64,000 nt of DNA from an uncultured bacterium (GCA_963826535.1 CAWGXL010000011.1:803521-867520), one strand, 5' to 3'; shown: positions 9,781-20,450, counted from the first letter of the stretch. The notes: generated by a model not told the origin, from the sequence alone. Numbers and translations: made by a program.

Positions 9781-10611
9781 ATGAGCAAACAGTGGTTGGT
9801 GGGGGTTGTGATAATTATTATAGTTGTCGGTGTGGGGTATGTTCTGCTTCAAAATCAATCCAGTACTGTAGATCAGCCAAAAGAGACTGCTGATCCTCAA
9901 GTTACAAATGCGGCTGCGCTGGATGAGGGTGGAGATATTGCAGTGACTACGGAAGATGTGGGGTATTTTGAAAACAGCAAAGGGTTTTATGCTAGGCCGA
10001 CGGAAGAGGGAGATTATCCGGGTGTGGTCATGATTCATGAAAATCGTGGGTTGAGGCCGGAAATCAAGCAAACCGCCGAGCAGCTTGCGCGACAGGGTTA
10101 TTTGGTGCTGGCGGTAGATCTTTATAAAGGAAAAGTTGCGGAAGAACAGACTGAAGCCAGGGCGTTAACAACTAATTTTAAGCAGGAAACTGGAGTTGAG
10201 AATATGCGTGCCGCAGCAGCATATTTGCGCGCGCAGGGAGCTGATAAGTTAGCTTCCCTTGGATGGTGTTTTGGCGGAAGACAGTCTGTAGAGCTTGCAA
10301 TTTCGGGGGAACCACTTGATGCGACTGTGGTGTATTATGGTGGTAATATGGCGACGACTACAGACAGATTAGCTCCTATAAAGTGGCCAGTCCTTGGTAT
10401 TTTCGGTGATCAGGATCAGGCTATCCCGGTTACTACTGTGCGCGAGTTTGAGTCATCGCTCAACACACTTGGCGTTGAAAACGAAATTTATATATACCCT
10501 GGTGTGGGGCATGCGTTTGCGAATCCGTCGGGGCAAAATTATGCGCCGGCGGAAACAAAAGATGCATGGGGTAAAACCATCACATTTCTAGAAAAGCATT
10601 TGAAGAGTTAA
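9781..10611 (+). CDS. dienelactone hydrolase family protein, N-terminally anchored
   Basis: MIHENRG, GWCFGG nucleophile motif, GHAFAN. Confidence 0.92.
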   Translation: MSKQWLVGVVIIIIVVGVGYVLLQNQSSTVDQPKETADPQVTNAAALDEGGDIAVTTEDVGYFENSKGFYARPTEEGDYPGVVMIHENRGLRPEIKQTAEQLARQGYLVLAVDLYKGKVAEEQTEARALTTNFKQETGVENMRAAAAYLRAQGADKLASLGWCFGGRQSVELAISGEPLDATVVYYGGNMATTTDRLAPIKWPVLGIFGDQDQAIPVTTVREFESSLNTLGVENEIYIYPGVGHAFANPSGQNYAPAETKDAWGKTITFLEKHLKS

Positions 10612-10624
10612 TATTAATATGGTC

Positions 10625-11377
10625 CTAAAAAATGATAGTATTGAGAGAAATTTTTTCTGCAAGATCAGGATGTGCCTGGCATATGGACTCCCTTAAAAAA
10701 GATTGGAATGTCATGGGGAATATCCCACTCCCGTTATAGCTTTGTTCTGTTATGTGTATTCTCTTGTTGGAATGTTGTTCTCGATACTTTCTTGTCATTA
10801 GTCTGCCTTTTTCGCTTTTAAGCGCATCAACGCCTGACGCAAAAATTGCATGCAGTTTAGGTTGAAGCCCATGTATTCTAACAATTTGATTTAATACTTC
10901 TCCGAGTTCTTCAAATTCTTCAGTGGGGTAAATATGCGAGTGGTTTAGATATCCATATTTATCTATGTGGACATCTATTTTTTTCTGAGGGATAATTGTG
11001 GCAAAGGCTATCATTTGATAAAGGGCAAATCCTCTTGTCTTATTCCAATGTTCATGCAATGTTTCATCAGAAATGTTAAATATCCCTGTCGCTGTACTTC
11101 TACTTGGTATGTCGAAAGCGGCATGTGTACGATCCATTGCAGTTTTGATATGTGAAAGTTGGCCGATGTTCAATTCGGAAAGAGCAAATTCTTTTGCGTC
11201 AAAATCCGGATCCCTGGTGAGGGCTTCAGCGGTGAGAAATGTTTTAGCACCAAAAGTTAGCGGGATAAGAGAATTTGCTTCTAAGTCAGCACGAAACCAG
11301 GTGTCTTTTACTACTGGTCTAGGATTTTCGATTTTTGCTCCTCGTGGAGGATTTTCGATTTCTAGCAATTGTTTCAT
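10625..11377 (-). CDS. hypothetical protein
   Basis: 250-aa ORF, no recognisable motif. Confidence 0.65.
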   Translation of the reverse strand: MKQLLEIENPPRGAKIENPRPVVKDTWFRADLEANSLIPLTFGAKTFLTAEALTRDPDFDAKEFALSELNIGQLSHIKTAMDRTHAAFDIPSRSTATGIFNISDETLHEHWNKTRGFALYQMIAFATIIPQKKIDVHIDKYGYLNHSHIYPTEEFEELGEVLNQIVRIHGLQPKLHAIFASGVDALKSEKGRLMTRKYREQHSNKRIHITEQSYNGSGIFPMTFQSFLRESICQAHPDLAEKISLNTIIF

Positions 11378-11500
11378 AGTCTTTATGTTTCAATCGCGCT
11401 TGTTATCTGCTCGCTTTCAGAATTCTTCTCAACTCTCCTTTCTTTGGTGTCTATCCCGCAATTATAACATAGGTTGTGTTGCCAGGTTTTTAGTGTTGTT

Positions 11501-12593
11501 TGTATAAGTTACGAAACATTTTAGACATTTCGTAACTATGGATCATTACGCAAAAGCATACCCAATCTTTAGTAGAATCAAAGGCATTGAGGAGGTGAAA
11601 GAGATGCTCAAAAGCCTTAAACGGTTCTCTAGGGATGAAGTCGCACAAGAACGATTACGCATCATTGAGTTTTATGACGAGTATGGAGAGCGTGCAACGA
11701 AAAAAGCTTTTCGAGTTGGAAGGAATACCCTTTGGGTTTGGAAGCAACGATTAAAAAACAATAAAAACAAACTATCGTCACTTATTCCTGATTCCACAAC
11801 GCCTAAATCCAAAAGACAAATGCAAACTCATCCAAAAGTACTTTCATATATCCGTTACTTGCGGGAGAAACATCCCCGTCTGGGAAAGGAAAAGATAAAA
11901 CCACTTTTAGATCAATATTGCAAGAAAGAAGAGCTAGTAGCAATAGGAGAATCAACTATCGGAAAGGTCATTAAAAGAAATAATTTCTATTTCCAAAAGA
12001 GTGGCAAGATCTATCATAATCCTTCACATAAATTTGCTAAGGCAAAAAGAAAGAAGCGGGACAGGATCAAGAAGCCGCCAAGACCGCAGTCTTTTGGCTA
12101 TATTGAAATGGATACAGTCATTAAATTTGTTGATGGAATAAAAGTATATTTTTTAACAGCCATAGATGTGAAGCTTAAATTTGCATTCAGCCTGCCCTAT
12201 GGCAAACTCAATAGCCGTAATACTGTTGATTTCTTCAAGAAGCTCCATTCAGTATATCCAATAACAATTATCACTGTGCAAACAGACAATGGCTTAGAGT
12301 TTCTTGGAGAATTTGAAGAATACCTTGAAAAACAAAATATACCACATGTTTTTATATATCCCAGATGCTGCAAAATCAACGGCACTATTGAACGGTTCAA
12401 TAGAACCATCCAAGAAGACTTTATTGATGAAAACTTACATATTATTGCAGACCGAAAACTATTCTCTTCCAAATTAATCGAATATTTGTTATTCTACAAT
12501 ACAGAGCGACCACATAAATCCTTGGGATTACAATCCCCATTGGGATATTTATTAAAACATGGAGGTATGTCTAAAAACTCCGTAACTTATACA
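11501..12593 (+). mobile_element. IS481-family insertion sequence (about 1093 bp)
   Basis: Imperfect terminal inverted repeats TGTATAAGTTACG...TTTTAGACAT at both ends (TGT...ACA); 5-bp flanking direct repeat TTGTT at 11496-11500 and 12594-12598. Confidence 0.88.
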
Positions 12594-12602
12594 TTGTTTT
12601 GA
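11538..12602 (+). CDS. IS481-family DDE transposase
   Basis: N-terminal HTH; IEMDT, VQTDNGLEF, NGTIERFNRT, YNTERPHKSL. Confidence 0.93.
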   Translation: MDHYAKAYPIFSRIKGIEEVKEMLKSLKRFSRDEVAQERLRIIEFYDEYGERATKKAFRVGRNTLWVWKQRLKNNKNKLSSLIPDSTTPKSKRQMQTHPKVLSYIRYLREKHPRLGKEKIKPLLDQYCKKEELVAIGESTIGKVIKRNNFYFQKSGKIYHNPSHKFAKAKRKKRDRIKKPPRPQSFGYIEMDTVIKFVDGIKVYFLTAIDVKLKFAFSLPYGKLNSRNTVDFFKKLHSVYPITIITVQTDNGLEFLGEFEEYLEKQNIPHVFIYPRCCKINGTIERFNRTIQEDFIDENLHIIADRKLFSSKLIEYLLFYNTERPHKSLGLQSPLGYLLKHGGMSKNSVTYTLF

Positions 12603-12662
12603 ATTAATAATTCTTTCTGTTATAATTCCCAATAAAGTAAATAGATTACTTGTTACCAACGA

Positions 12663-14253
12663 ATGTCAGTAGAATATATCAGTACCCGAGGAGGGGGTGA
12701 GAGGTGCCAATTTACCGAAACTCTTTTGAAAAGTACCGCTGGTGATGGCGGGTTATATGTGCCGGAAACTTTTCCACGGTTTTCTCCCGAAGATTTACAA
12801 AGTCTTACACCTTTTACTTATAGCGAGCGGGCAGCAATTATTATTAGTCGTTTACAGCCTAATTTGGACAAGGGGGCAATACTTGCGGATACGCGACTCG
12901 CATATGGCAATAATTTTGATCATCCAAGCATTGCACCGGTTGTTCAATTGAATTCCAATCCAAATAATTCTCTAAGTTACCTTCAGTATATTCAGGAATT
13001 GCATCACGGACCAACTTCGGCGTTTAAAGATATGGGGCTGCAATTGAAGCCCCGATTATTTTCTCGTGCAGTAGAACAAGTTAATTTAAGAAGAGACAGT
13101 GAAGGGAGGGCACCTCTACATTATCTAATTTTGGTGGCGACTTCGGGCGATACAGGGAAAGCAGCGCTTGAGGGGTATAGAGATATTCCAGGGTGTTCGG
13201 TTATAGTCTATTTTCCTGATAATGGTGTGTGGGATACAAAAATTATCAATGACTACTCAAGAAGGTGGAAATGTTTCGGTTCATCCAATGAGTGGGAATT
13301 TTGATCAAATACAAAAACGTGTGAAAGAAATGTTTAAAGATAAAAAAGCAGAATCGGAGTTAAAAGATAGAAACGTAGTATTGTCATCGGCAAATTCGAT
13401 TAATTGGGGAAGAATTGCTCCTCAAGTAGTGTATCACATAAACGCGTATGTAGAGCTTATGCGTCAAGGTGCGGTTCGTCCAGGGGATATGATTGATATT
13501 GCTGTGCCAACAGGTAATTTTGGTAATGCACTTGCAGCTTTTTATGCAAAGCAGATGGGGCTGCCGGTGGACAAGTTTATTTGTGCGACAAACGAAAATA
13601 ACGTTGTGACTCAATTTCTCAAAACCGGTGTCTATGACTTGAGAAATCGAGAGATTGTACCAACCCATTCTCCATCAATGGATATTTTAGTTGCTAGTAA
13701 TATTGAAAGGTTACTATATTCACTTACCGGTGATCCACAAAAGATAAGTAAGTGGATGCAAGAACTTGAGGCAAGCAATTATTTTGCTGTAGATCCTGAA
13801 ACAGCAGCCAGGCTCAAGGAAGAATTTTATACTGGATCAGTAAACAATAATAAAAGTTTAACAAATATCAAACGCGTCGTCGAAAAGACCGGGTATTTAA
13901 TGGATACACATTCTTCTGTTGCGCAAGCAGTTGCAGAAGAATATTTAGAAGTGACCGGATCTAATAAACCGGTTGTTGTTGCATGTACCGCACATTGGGC
14001 AAAGTTTGGCCCAAATGTACAGCGCGCTTTGACCGGGCGGCCGGGATTGTCAAAAGATGAAGCTCGCGCAGTTAATTTGGAAGATGAATTTGGGGCGATA
14101 GAATCGGTGATAGGAATGGTTCCCGGTGCATCTGTGCCAATAAATATTTTGGAGCTTGCACGAAAACCAGAGATACATCAAACTGTATTTGATACCACTT
14201 TGGCTGGTGTTAAAGAATCTGTGGATGTATACTTAAAGAGAAAAAAATTATGA
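12663..14253 (+). pseudogene. thrC: threonine synthase, frameshifted near 13225-13231
   Basis: YISTRG, DGGLYVP, ELHHGPTSAFKD and ATSGDTG in the first ORF; SANSINWGR, VPTGNFGN and SPSMDI in the second; the frames join at a GT repeat. Confidence 0.88.
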
Positions 14254-14283
14254 GAGGTTATTTAAGTTAGGGTTTTGCCGGAG

Positions 14284-14730
14284 TTATTTTTCTGATAGTT
14301 CTTTTAGTTTTTGTAGGGCTTTAGGCCATGTTTTTTGAAAGTAGGGTTTGAATTCGTCGTTTGATTCCATATCCACAGACAATTCAGTCTGATCACCTTG
14401 AGTTTTAAAAGAATAGTTTTCAAACCCAACCCAATTTTTGGCTTCCTTGCTTGTAGTATCTTCAACTCCGTTACTGACGACTCCTAGATGTTTTATGGAG
14501 ATGAAGTCATTTGGTGTGCTTTCCGCGATGGTGCTTACCATGCCACCTTCTTTACCTTTTTCATCAGGACCGAGAAATAGTATTTTACTACCCTTTTCCC
14601 AGTTTCCAACATAATATGATCCCGGCATAAATATTGCAGACCATTCACGATAGGACTTGTCATCAAACATTGTGTCCCAAACCTTTTCTTTAGGGGCGTT
14701 GATTTTTATTGAAAAATGTACTTTTTGCAT
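14284..14730 (-). CDS. SRPBCC/AHSA1-like protein
   Basis: SIKINAPKEKVW...WPKALQKLKEL. Confidence 0.85.
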   Translation of the reverse strand: MQKVHFSIKINAPKEKVWDTMFDDKSYREWSAIFMPGSYYVGNWEKGSKILFLGPDEKGKEGGMVSTIAESTPNDFISIKHLGVVSNGVEDTTSKEAKNWVGFENYSFKTQGDQTELSVDMESNDEFKPYFQKTWPKALQKLKELSEK

Positions 14731-14808
14731 GTGTGCTAATTATAACATTTGCTGGCAAATCTGAAAATGTGGTTGACTTTTGGAGTGTTATAAGATTTAA
14801 TATGGTTT

Positions 14809-15342
14809 ATGGAAGAGAAGAGTAAAGCTGCTGATACTGCTGCTCAGAGTAGTAAAGGCGGCATAGGTTGTTTTGGGACATTTCTCATTGGTCTTATTGT
14901 TTTACTGGCTTTGGGATTTGGCGGTAATGCAGCGATAGGTTTTTATTTTGAGGAGTGTGACGGTGATGAAGATATTATTGAATGTATAATGAGTTTGGGT
15001 GAGGACGAGCCGGAGCCTGAAGGAGCGGTTGTTGCAACAGGGACGTACAGCTATAAGGATTATTCTGTTGAGGTAACAGCTAATATTCCAATGGAAGGAG
15101 GAGCGGTGACAGGTTCTATAACGGGCGCATGTGATGGGAAGGTGAAAGGAAAATTCGATGGACAAAATAATGGAGTTATAAGTGGTAAGATAACCGGAAC
15201 TTGCGATCCTTTTGTCGTTAAAGTTCCGGCTAGCGCAGATTTTAGCGGGACAGTAAATAAAGATAATAAAAATGTGCCGATTCGTTTTACAGGTCGCGGT
15301 CCAGGATTTACACACGAGGGCTCAATGTCACTATCTTATTAG
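14809..15342 (+). CDS. membrane-anchored beta-rich hypothetical protein
   Basis: TM at about aa 20-45, Gly/Thr-rich body. Confidence 0.7.
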   Translation: MEEKSKAADTAAQSSKGGIGCFGTFLIGLIVLLALGFGGNAAIGFYFEECDGDEDIIECIMSLGEDEPEPEGAVVATGTYSYKDYSVEVTANIPMEGGAVTGSITGACDGKVKGKFDGQNNGVISGKITGTCDPFVVKVPASADFSGTVNKDNKNVPIRFTGRGPGFTHEGSMSLSY

Positions 15343-15404
15343 TGTGTATTAAGATAAATCAACTTTAATGAATAATAGCTTCTAATGAAAGGGGGTGGAA
15401 ATTT

Positions 15405-15833
15405 ATGAAAATGAATCCAGTTGTACATTTTGAAATGCCGTATAAAGACCGAAAGCGTATGGCCGATTTCTATGCTAAATCTTTTGGTTGGAAGCCACAA
15501 ATGCTTGGTTCTGAAATGGGAAACTATGTGGTAGTTTCTACTTCCGAGATGGATGCGAAGACGCAATTTCCTAAAAAACCCGGAATGATCAATGGAGGTT
15601 TTTATAAGAGGACGAAGAAATCGCAATATCCTTCGGTGGTAATCGCAGTTGATGACATTCGGGTTGCGATGAAACAAGTAAAAAAAACAGGTGGTAAAGT
15701 ACTTGGCGGCCAGAAGCCCGGAGAGCCGGACGATATTCCCGGCATTGGATTGTATGTGGCATTTGTGGATACTGAAGGCAATCGAGTCGGTATGTTGCAG
15801 CCATCGCCAATGATGAAAGCGGGGTCTAAATAA
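15405..15833 (+). CDS. VOC/glyoxalase family protein
   Basis: PVVHFEM, FYAKSFGW, INGG, FVDTEGN. Confidence 0.9.
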   Translation: MKMNPVVHFEMPYKDRKRMADFYAKSFGWKPQMLGSEMGNYVVVSTSEMDAKTQFPKKPGMINGGFYKRTKKSQYPSVVIAVDDIRVAMKQVKKTGGKVLGGQKPGEPDDIPGIGLYVAFVDTEGNRVGMLQPSPMMKAGSK

Positions 15834-15883
15834 AAATAGTTTTGCACTGCTTGCTAGATTCTTTTTGGGCAATCTGGTAAAAT

Positions 15884-16123
15884 ATGTTTATGAAAAAGCA
15901 GATTAATCAAGATATTGTTGTTGATCCAAAAGTCCGATTCGGTAAGCCTGTTATTGCTGGTACCCGAGTGCCGGTTGAATTGATAGTTGGTAAAATTGCG
16001 GGAGGCATGACATTTGAAGAAGTTGCGAAAGAGTATGATCTAACAAATAAACAAATTCGGGCAGCGCTTCGATATGCGGCGGACGTTATTGCATCAGAAG
16101 GAGTCATTAGTATAGTAAACTGA
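15884..16123 (+). CDS. DUF433 family protein (antitoxin-type)
   Basis: DPKVRFGKPVIAGTRVPV...IRAALRYA. Confidence 0.92.
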   Translation: MFMKKQINQDIVVDPKVRFGKPVIAGTRVPVELIVGKIAGGMTFEEVAKEYDLTNKQIRAALRYAADVIASEGVISIVN

Positions 16124-16127
16124 AGAT

Positions 16128-16304
16128 ATGGGGAAAAGAGATAAAACAAAATTAGTAAAAGCATATACAAAATACCGCACAGCAAAGAAAAAACGTAATG
16201 TGTTGGAGGTTTTTCGTTCTTTTATGCCGGAGATAATTTTTCGTACTACAAAGCTTGAAGGGGAGTCGGTTACTCGTAAAATGATTTCCTCATTATTCAA
16301 GTAA
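16128..16304 (+). CDS. putative FicA/VbhA-type antitoxin (58 aa, below ORF-track cutoff)
   Basis: Hand translation MGKRDKTK...FRTTKLEGESVTRKMISSLFK; TTKLEG fits the (S/T)xxxE(G/N) inhibitory motif; ends 3 nt before the Fic gene. Confidence 0.7.
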   Translation: MGKRDKTKLVKAYTKYRTAKKKRNVLEVFRSFMPEIIFRTTKLEGESVTRKMISSLFK

Positions 16305-16307
16305 TAC

Positions 16308-16934
16308 ATGTACAATTCATCCACAAGACCTAAAAGCGCAACTTCATATAAGGAAACAGTATTTGGTATTATTCCACGATCAAAATTGCTAATACTTGAA
16401 ATTGAGGGAACGAAAAAAGGGCTTGAATATATAGGTGAATTGGTTAAAGAAGATAAAAATACTCCGATTACACCTGAACTGATTTGTAAATTGCATAATG
16501 TTTCCTTTGGTTGGATTTTTCCCGATTGGGCAGGGCAGTATAGGAAAATACAAGTTACATTTTCTGATAAAGAAGCTCCGCAATATTTTCAAGTATCTGA
16601 GCTTGTGACAAATCTGTGCGCAGACATAGCGGAGCGAATAAAACATTTGCCTGCTAAAGAAAAAGAGGAATATATTATTGATGTTGTTATGCTGCTTGCA
16701 TGGTTTCAGCATCGGTTTGTATTCATTCATCCATTTCAGGACTATAACGGACGAACGGCCCGGATGTTGACTATTCATATTTTGTTAAAACTCAATTTGC
16801 CGCCAATCGAGCTAAAAGCTGAAACTGAGGCAGACAGAGAACAATATCTTACTGCAATGCAAAAAGCTGATAAAGGGGATTTTGCTCTTTTAGAACAGTT
16901 GATAAGTACTGCACTTTCGGAGGCTTTGCAATAA
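16308..16934 (+). CDS. Fic domain protein
   Basis: HPFQDYNGRTAR (variant of HPFxxGNGRxxR); WAGQYR. Confidence 0.92.
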   Translation: MYNSSTRPKSATSYKETVFGIIPRSKLLILEIEGTKKGLEYIGELVKEDKNTPITPELICKLHNVSFGWIFPDWAGQYRKIQVTFSDKEAPQYFQVSELVTNLCADIAERIKHLPAKEKEEYIIDVVMLLAWFQHRFVFIHPFQDYNGRTARMLTIHILLKLNLPPIELKAETEADREQYLTAMQKADKGDFALLEQLISTALSEALQ

Positions 16935-16939
16935 CAAAT

Positions 16940-18172
16940 TTATTTCTTTGCGGTTATTGCGAGAATTGAAGGTTGATTGTTGTAAGATTTCCAATATTCA
17001 TTGCCATATTTTTTTATCCCTTCCTCTGAAACATTAGGTTCGGTAAAATCGACTGATGAAAATCCGGCTTGTAAAAGTGTTTTTGAGAGAGTTTCTTTTC
17101 CCCATCTAAAATTATAGAAGTGAAGGACCTCTTTAAAATTATTAAATAAAGATTGATAAATGGATATTCTGCGCGGTGCACCATCGGAATCCGGGATAAC
17201 GCCTTCATCAAAGCTTATACCAACTCCATATTTGGGGTCGGTAGGTACATGAATGTTTGGATGATCAAGTAGCGCGAAAAATACCGCGTTTTTCGAGAGT
17301 AGTTTGTATATATTTTGTGTGACAATTGTTAGTTCATCAATATTCATTGCGTGGTCAAGGAGAAATGCACCCAAAACAACGTCTGTATTGCCAATCAAAT
17401 TTGAGGGAATAGTCGAAAGAAAATCTTTGGAGTATGGATCGAGATTGAAAAACTCAATACCCATAGGATTTTGTAATTCTTCCATGCGGGCGATCTGAGT
17501 TTGTTTGTAGGAAATGTCAAAACTTGCTACTTTTGCGACCCCAATTTTTTTTGCCAGACGGGCACGATATCCACTACCGCCGTGAAGAACTATTGTATAA
17601 TCTTCTTTTGCGTGTTTTTTCAATGCGCTTATAACTGCAGGATCATAGATGTAAATTTGCGCCGGTGTTTGTTCGACTAATTTATATTCTATGGCTATTG
17701 GATCGTATTGCATTCTATTAATATCTCGAAAACGCAGTTTTCCCGAGAAATCTTCTTTAATTTTTTGAAATGTTTCTTCAAATGTGTCAAATATATAGTC
17801 GCAGTAGAAACGAACCCATGGATGTTTTTTTCTTGCCTTGTCCGGGATCACAGCGTAAGTTTTTTTATCAAAAAGTTCTTTTGCTATGGTAAGTTCGCAA
17901 GCGGCTCCTAATGAGATTTGAGAAAGATCAATGACAAATGCGTCAGCATCTTTAATAAAGTTTTTGTCTTTAGCCAGAATGAAGGATGGGTTGTAGTCCG
18001 GATTTTCAAAATCTTCTTTACCTTCATAGCCGATAAACTGTTCAACAATTTCCAAATTAAATGTATTTGCAAGGGCGTGTAAACTTTCACGTTCTTTTAT
18101 AACCTGCTCCCAAGTTTTTCCGGTGAAGGCTGCAGAAACAAATATTTTTGGAATTTGTAATGATTTTGACAT
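16940..18172 (-). CDS. nucleoside 2-deoxyribosyltransferase-like domain fused to a class I SAM methyltransferase-like domain
   Basis: N-term IFVSAAF...DKNFIKDAD...SLGAACELTIA; C-term LHGGSG, FDISYKQ, GAFLLDHA. Confidence 0.65.
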   Translation of the reverse strand: MSKSLQIPKIFVSAAFTGKTWEQVIKERESLHALANTFNLEIVEQFIGYEGKEDFENPDYNPSFILAKDKNFIKDADAFVIDLSQISLGAACELTIAKELFDKKTYAVIPDKARKKHPWVRFYCDYIFDTFEETFQKIKEDFSGKLRFRDINRMQYDPIAIEYKLVEQTPAQIYIYDPAVISALKKHAKEDYTIVLHGGSGYRARLAKKIGVAKVASFDISYKQTQIARMEELQNPMGIEFFNLDPYSKDFLSTIPSNLIGNTDVVLGAFLLDHAMNIDELTIVTQNIYKLLSKNAVFFALLDHPNIHVPTDPKYGVGISFDEGVIPDSDGAPRRISIYQSLFNNFKEVLHFYNFRWGKETLSKTLLQAGFSSVDFTEPNVSEEGIKKYGNEYWKSYNNQPSILAITAKK

Positions 18173-18295
18173 TTATTAAAATTATTTAAAATAGTTTATC
18201 ATAACCAATAAAGTTTTGCCTTGTGGTAAATTCATTGCCGGCTAAAATTTGAAGATTTGGTATAATAATATAGAATTCTTTTTAAGAACAAAAGC

Positions 18296-18673
18296 ATGAA
18301 TCCAAATAAGGAAAAACCAAAAAATATTAGCGAATATATAAATGCTGCGCCCGAAGAGGCTCAGGATAAACTGCGTGAAATGCTTGCCAGTCTACGTAAA
18401 GCGGCTCCTGGAGCCGAGGAAAGTTTGAAATGGGGACAACCGGCTTTATCTTACGAATGGATACTGTTCCAGTTTGCCGCTTTCAAGCATCATATAAGTT
18501 TATATCCAACACCGTCAGCAGTGAAAGCCTTTGCAAAAGATCTTTCGGGCTTTAAAACATCCAGCAGTACAATTCAGTTTCCATTGGATAAACCGCTGCA
18601 GTTATCTCTAATTCGCAAGATTGCTCTTTTTCGAGTTCGGGAAAGTGAGGAGAAAGGTGTGAAGTGGATGTGA
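18296..18673 (+). CDS. DUF1801/YdhG-like protein
   Basis: ISEYINAAP, ESLKWGQP, FAAFKHHISLYP, TIQFPLDKP. Confidence 0.88.
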   Translation: MNPNKEKPKNISEYINAAPEEAQDKLREMLASLRKAAPGAEESLKWGQPALSYEWILFQFAAFKHHISLYPTPSAVKAFAKDLSGFKTSSSTIQFPLDKPLQLSLIRKIALFRVRESEEKGVKWM

Positions 18674-18736
18674 CGAATTAGGGGGCACTTTGCTTGTTGA
18701 TTGATTTATTTACCCTTCGAATGTATAATTTGCTCC

Positions 18737-19855
18737 ATGAATGAACTCCCAAGAATTTCTGCAGATCAAACAGGAGCTTTACAAAGGCCTGGAGCTGACA
18801 GTGGTAGACAAGAACAACGGTCAATTGCATTAGAGATTGTTGTTCTTAATGAACATACACTGGGAAATATTTTGAGTGATCCGTCCCGAGGCGTGAGCTT
18901 ATTTCGCAGTTTAGTTTTTTCTCCTTATAGCTTAGAGGGATTCGCAGATAATCCGGACGGACAGCAACATTTAGCTGACTTTTATATTAATACATTTGGT
19001 CTTAACAGACGCGGAGATTTATTGGATGTGGGTTTTGGAACGAATATCCATATTCCATATAGATTCGCAAAAAGGGGAATTACTGCATATGCACTCGATA
19101 GATATACGGTTGAACCTAAAGCGGAAACATGGCATGCTCCGCACGAAGAGACTTTAAATGTTCATGGTATTAGGCTGGTAAGCGGAGACATAGCCGGATT
19201 AGGGGAAAGAGATTCTACTCTTCGTGATCATAGATTTGGTACTATACTTTTCAATGGATCATGGGATGCAAGTGGAAATAATTTTACTGTTGGAGGAGAA
19301 GTTGCAGATTTTAAAAGAATGGAGCTTGGTGTAGAAGAGCCTTTTTTTGATTTTGTTGATCGCGAAAGGTCTACTATTTTACAGACATGTCGTGAACATT
19401 TAACAGATACTGGTATGATAGGGGTGGTTTCTCCCCGCTACGCATTTCATGGATCAGGGTATGACTTTGATCAATTACCCGAGGAAAAACTTACATTTAT
19501 TGATCTTTTTGGGAAATTCAAAGATCTTGGCGCAAAAAGAATCAATGTAATAGGGCTTTCACAGCAAGGCTTTGATCAACTAATGACTGTAGCACAAACT
19601 CAACTTGCTGATTATATAGCAAAGCATGGACAATCTGTGTTTTTTCAGCCAATTAAAAGAGGGGAGCAGCAGCTAGTAAGAGATCAATTGCTATCACCTT
19701 TACAAATTGACATTCAAGATCAATATAAAAATTGGCCTAAAGACTCAAATCCTCAAGGACAAGTGGAGCGAATAAGGTCATCAGTGCAAACTGCCGAACA
19801 ATTTCCAGCTTTTAGTCAAGTCGCACGCATTGATGCAATGTTTGCTGAGTTTTAA
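18737..19855 (+). CDS. hypothetical protein with SAM-methyltransferase-like motif
   Basis: LLDVGFG, AYALD, LVSGDI; ATG 18737 follows TATAAT. Confidence 0.6.
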   Translation: MNELPRISADQTGALQRPGADSGRQEQRSIALEIVVLNEHTLGNILSDPSRGVSLFRSLVFSPYSLEGFADNPDGQQHLADFYINTFGLNRRGDLLDVGFGTNIHIPYRFAKRGITAYALDRYTVEPKAETWHAPHEETLNVHGIRLVSGDIAGLGERDSTLRDHRFGTILFNGSWDASGNNFTVGGEVADFKRMELGVEEPFFDFVDRERSTILQTCREHLTDTGMIGVVSPRYAFHGSGYDFDQLPEEKLTFIDLFGKFKDLGAKRINVIGLSQQGFDQLMTVAQTQLADYIAKHGQSVFFQPIKRGEQQLVRDQLLSPLQIDIQDQYKNWPKDSNPQGQVERIRSSVQTAEQFPAFSQVARIDAMFAEF

Positions 19856-19871
19856 CTGATATAATTTCTTT

Positions 19872-20450
19872 ATGATTATAGGTAAAGATGATTTGGTTTT
19901 GATTTTTGAGACTTCTGAGGAATTTTCCCAATGGCTGGAAAAGCATCATAAAACTGTATCAAGCATTTGGCTTCGGATGTATAAAAAGAAATCCGGGAAG
20001 AAATCTATAAATTATGGTCAGGCTCTGGACGAAGCACTTTGTTATGGATGGATAGATGGTATTGTAAAGAAATATGATGGGGACTCTTATGTGCAGCGTT
20101 TTACTCCGAGACGGCCAAAGGGGAATTGGTCTAAGAGAAATACAGAGCATATTGCGCGCTTACTAAAGGAGGGAAGAATGAAGCCATCGGGAATTGCAGA
20201 GGTTGAGGCTGCAAAGAAGGATGGAAGATGGGAGGCTTCGTATCCCTCTCCTGCAAACGCAAAAATTCCGGAGGATTTTCTTGACGAAATTGCGAAGAAT
20301 AAAAAAGCAAAAGCTTTTTTTGATACACTTAGCAAAACTAATCTTTATTTTATTGCGTATAGGTTGCTGACGGCTAAAAGGCCGGAGACTTTGGAGAGAA
20401 GGAAAGAGGTTATTTTGAAGATGTTAGAAAGGGGTGAGAAGTTTTATTGA
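19872..20450 (+). CDS. YdeI/OmpD-associated family protein
   Basis: EALCYGWIDG, FTPRRPKGNWSKRN, AKRPET. Confidence 0.92.
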   Translation: MIIGKDDLVLIFETSEEFSQWLEKHHKTVSSIWLRMYKKKSGKKSINYGQALDEALCYGWIDGIVKKYDGDSYVQRFTPRRPKGNWSKRNTEHIARLLKEGRMKPSGIAEVEAAKKDGRWEASYPSPANAKIPEDFLDEIAKNKKAKAFFDTLSKTNLYFIAYRLLTAKRPETLERRKEVILKMLERGEKFY

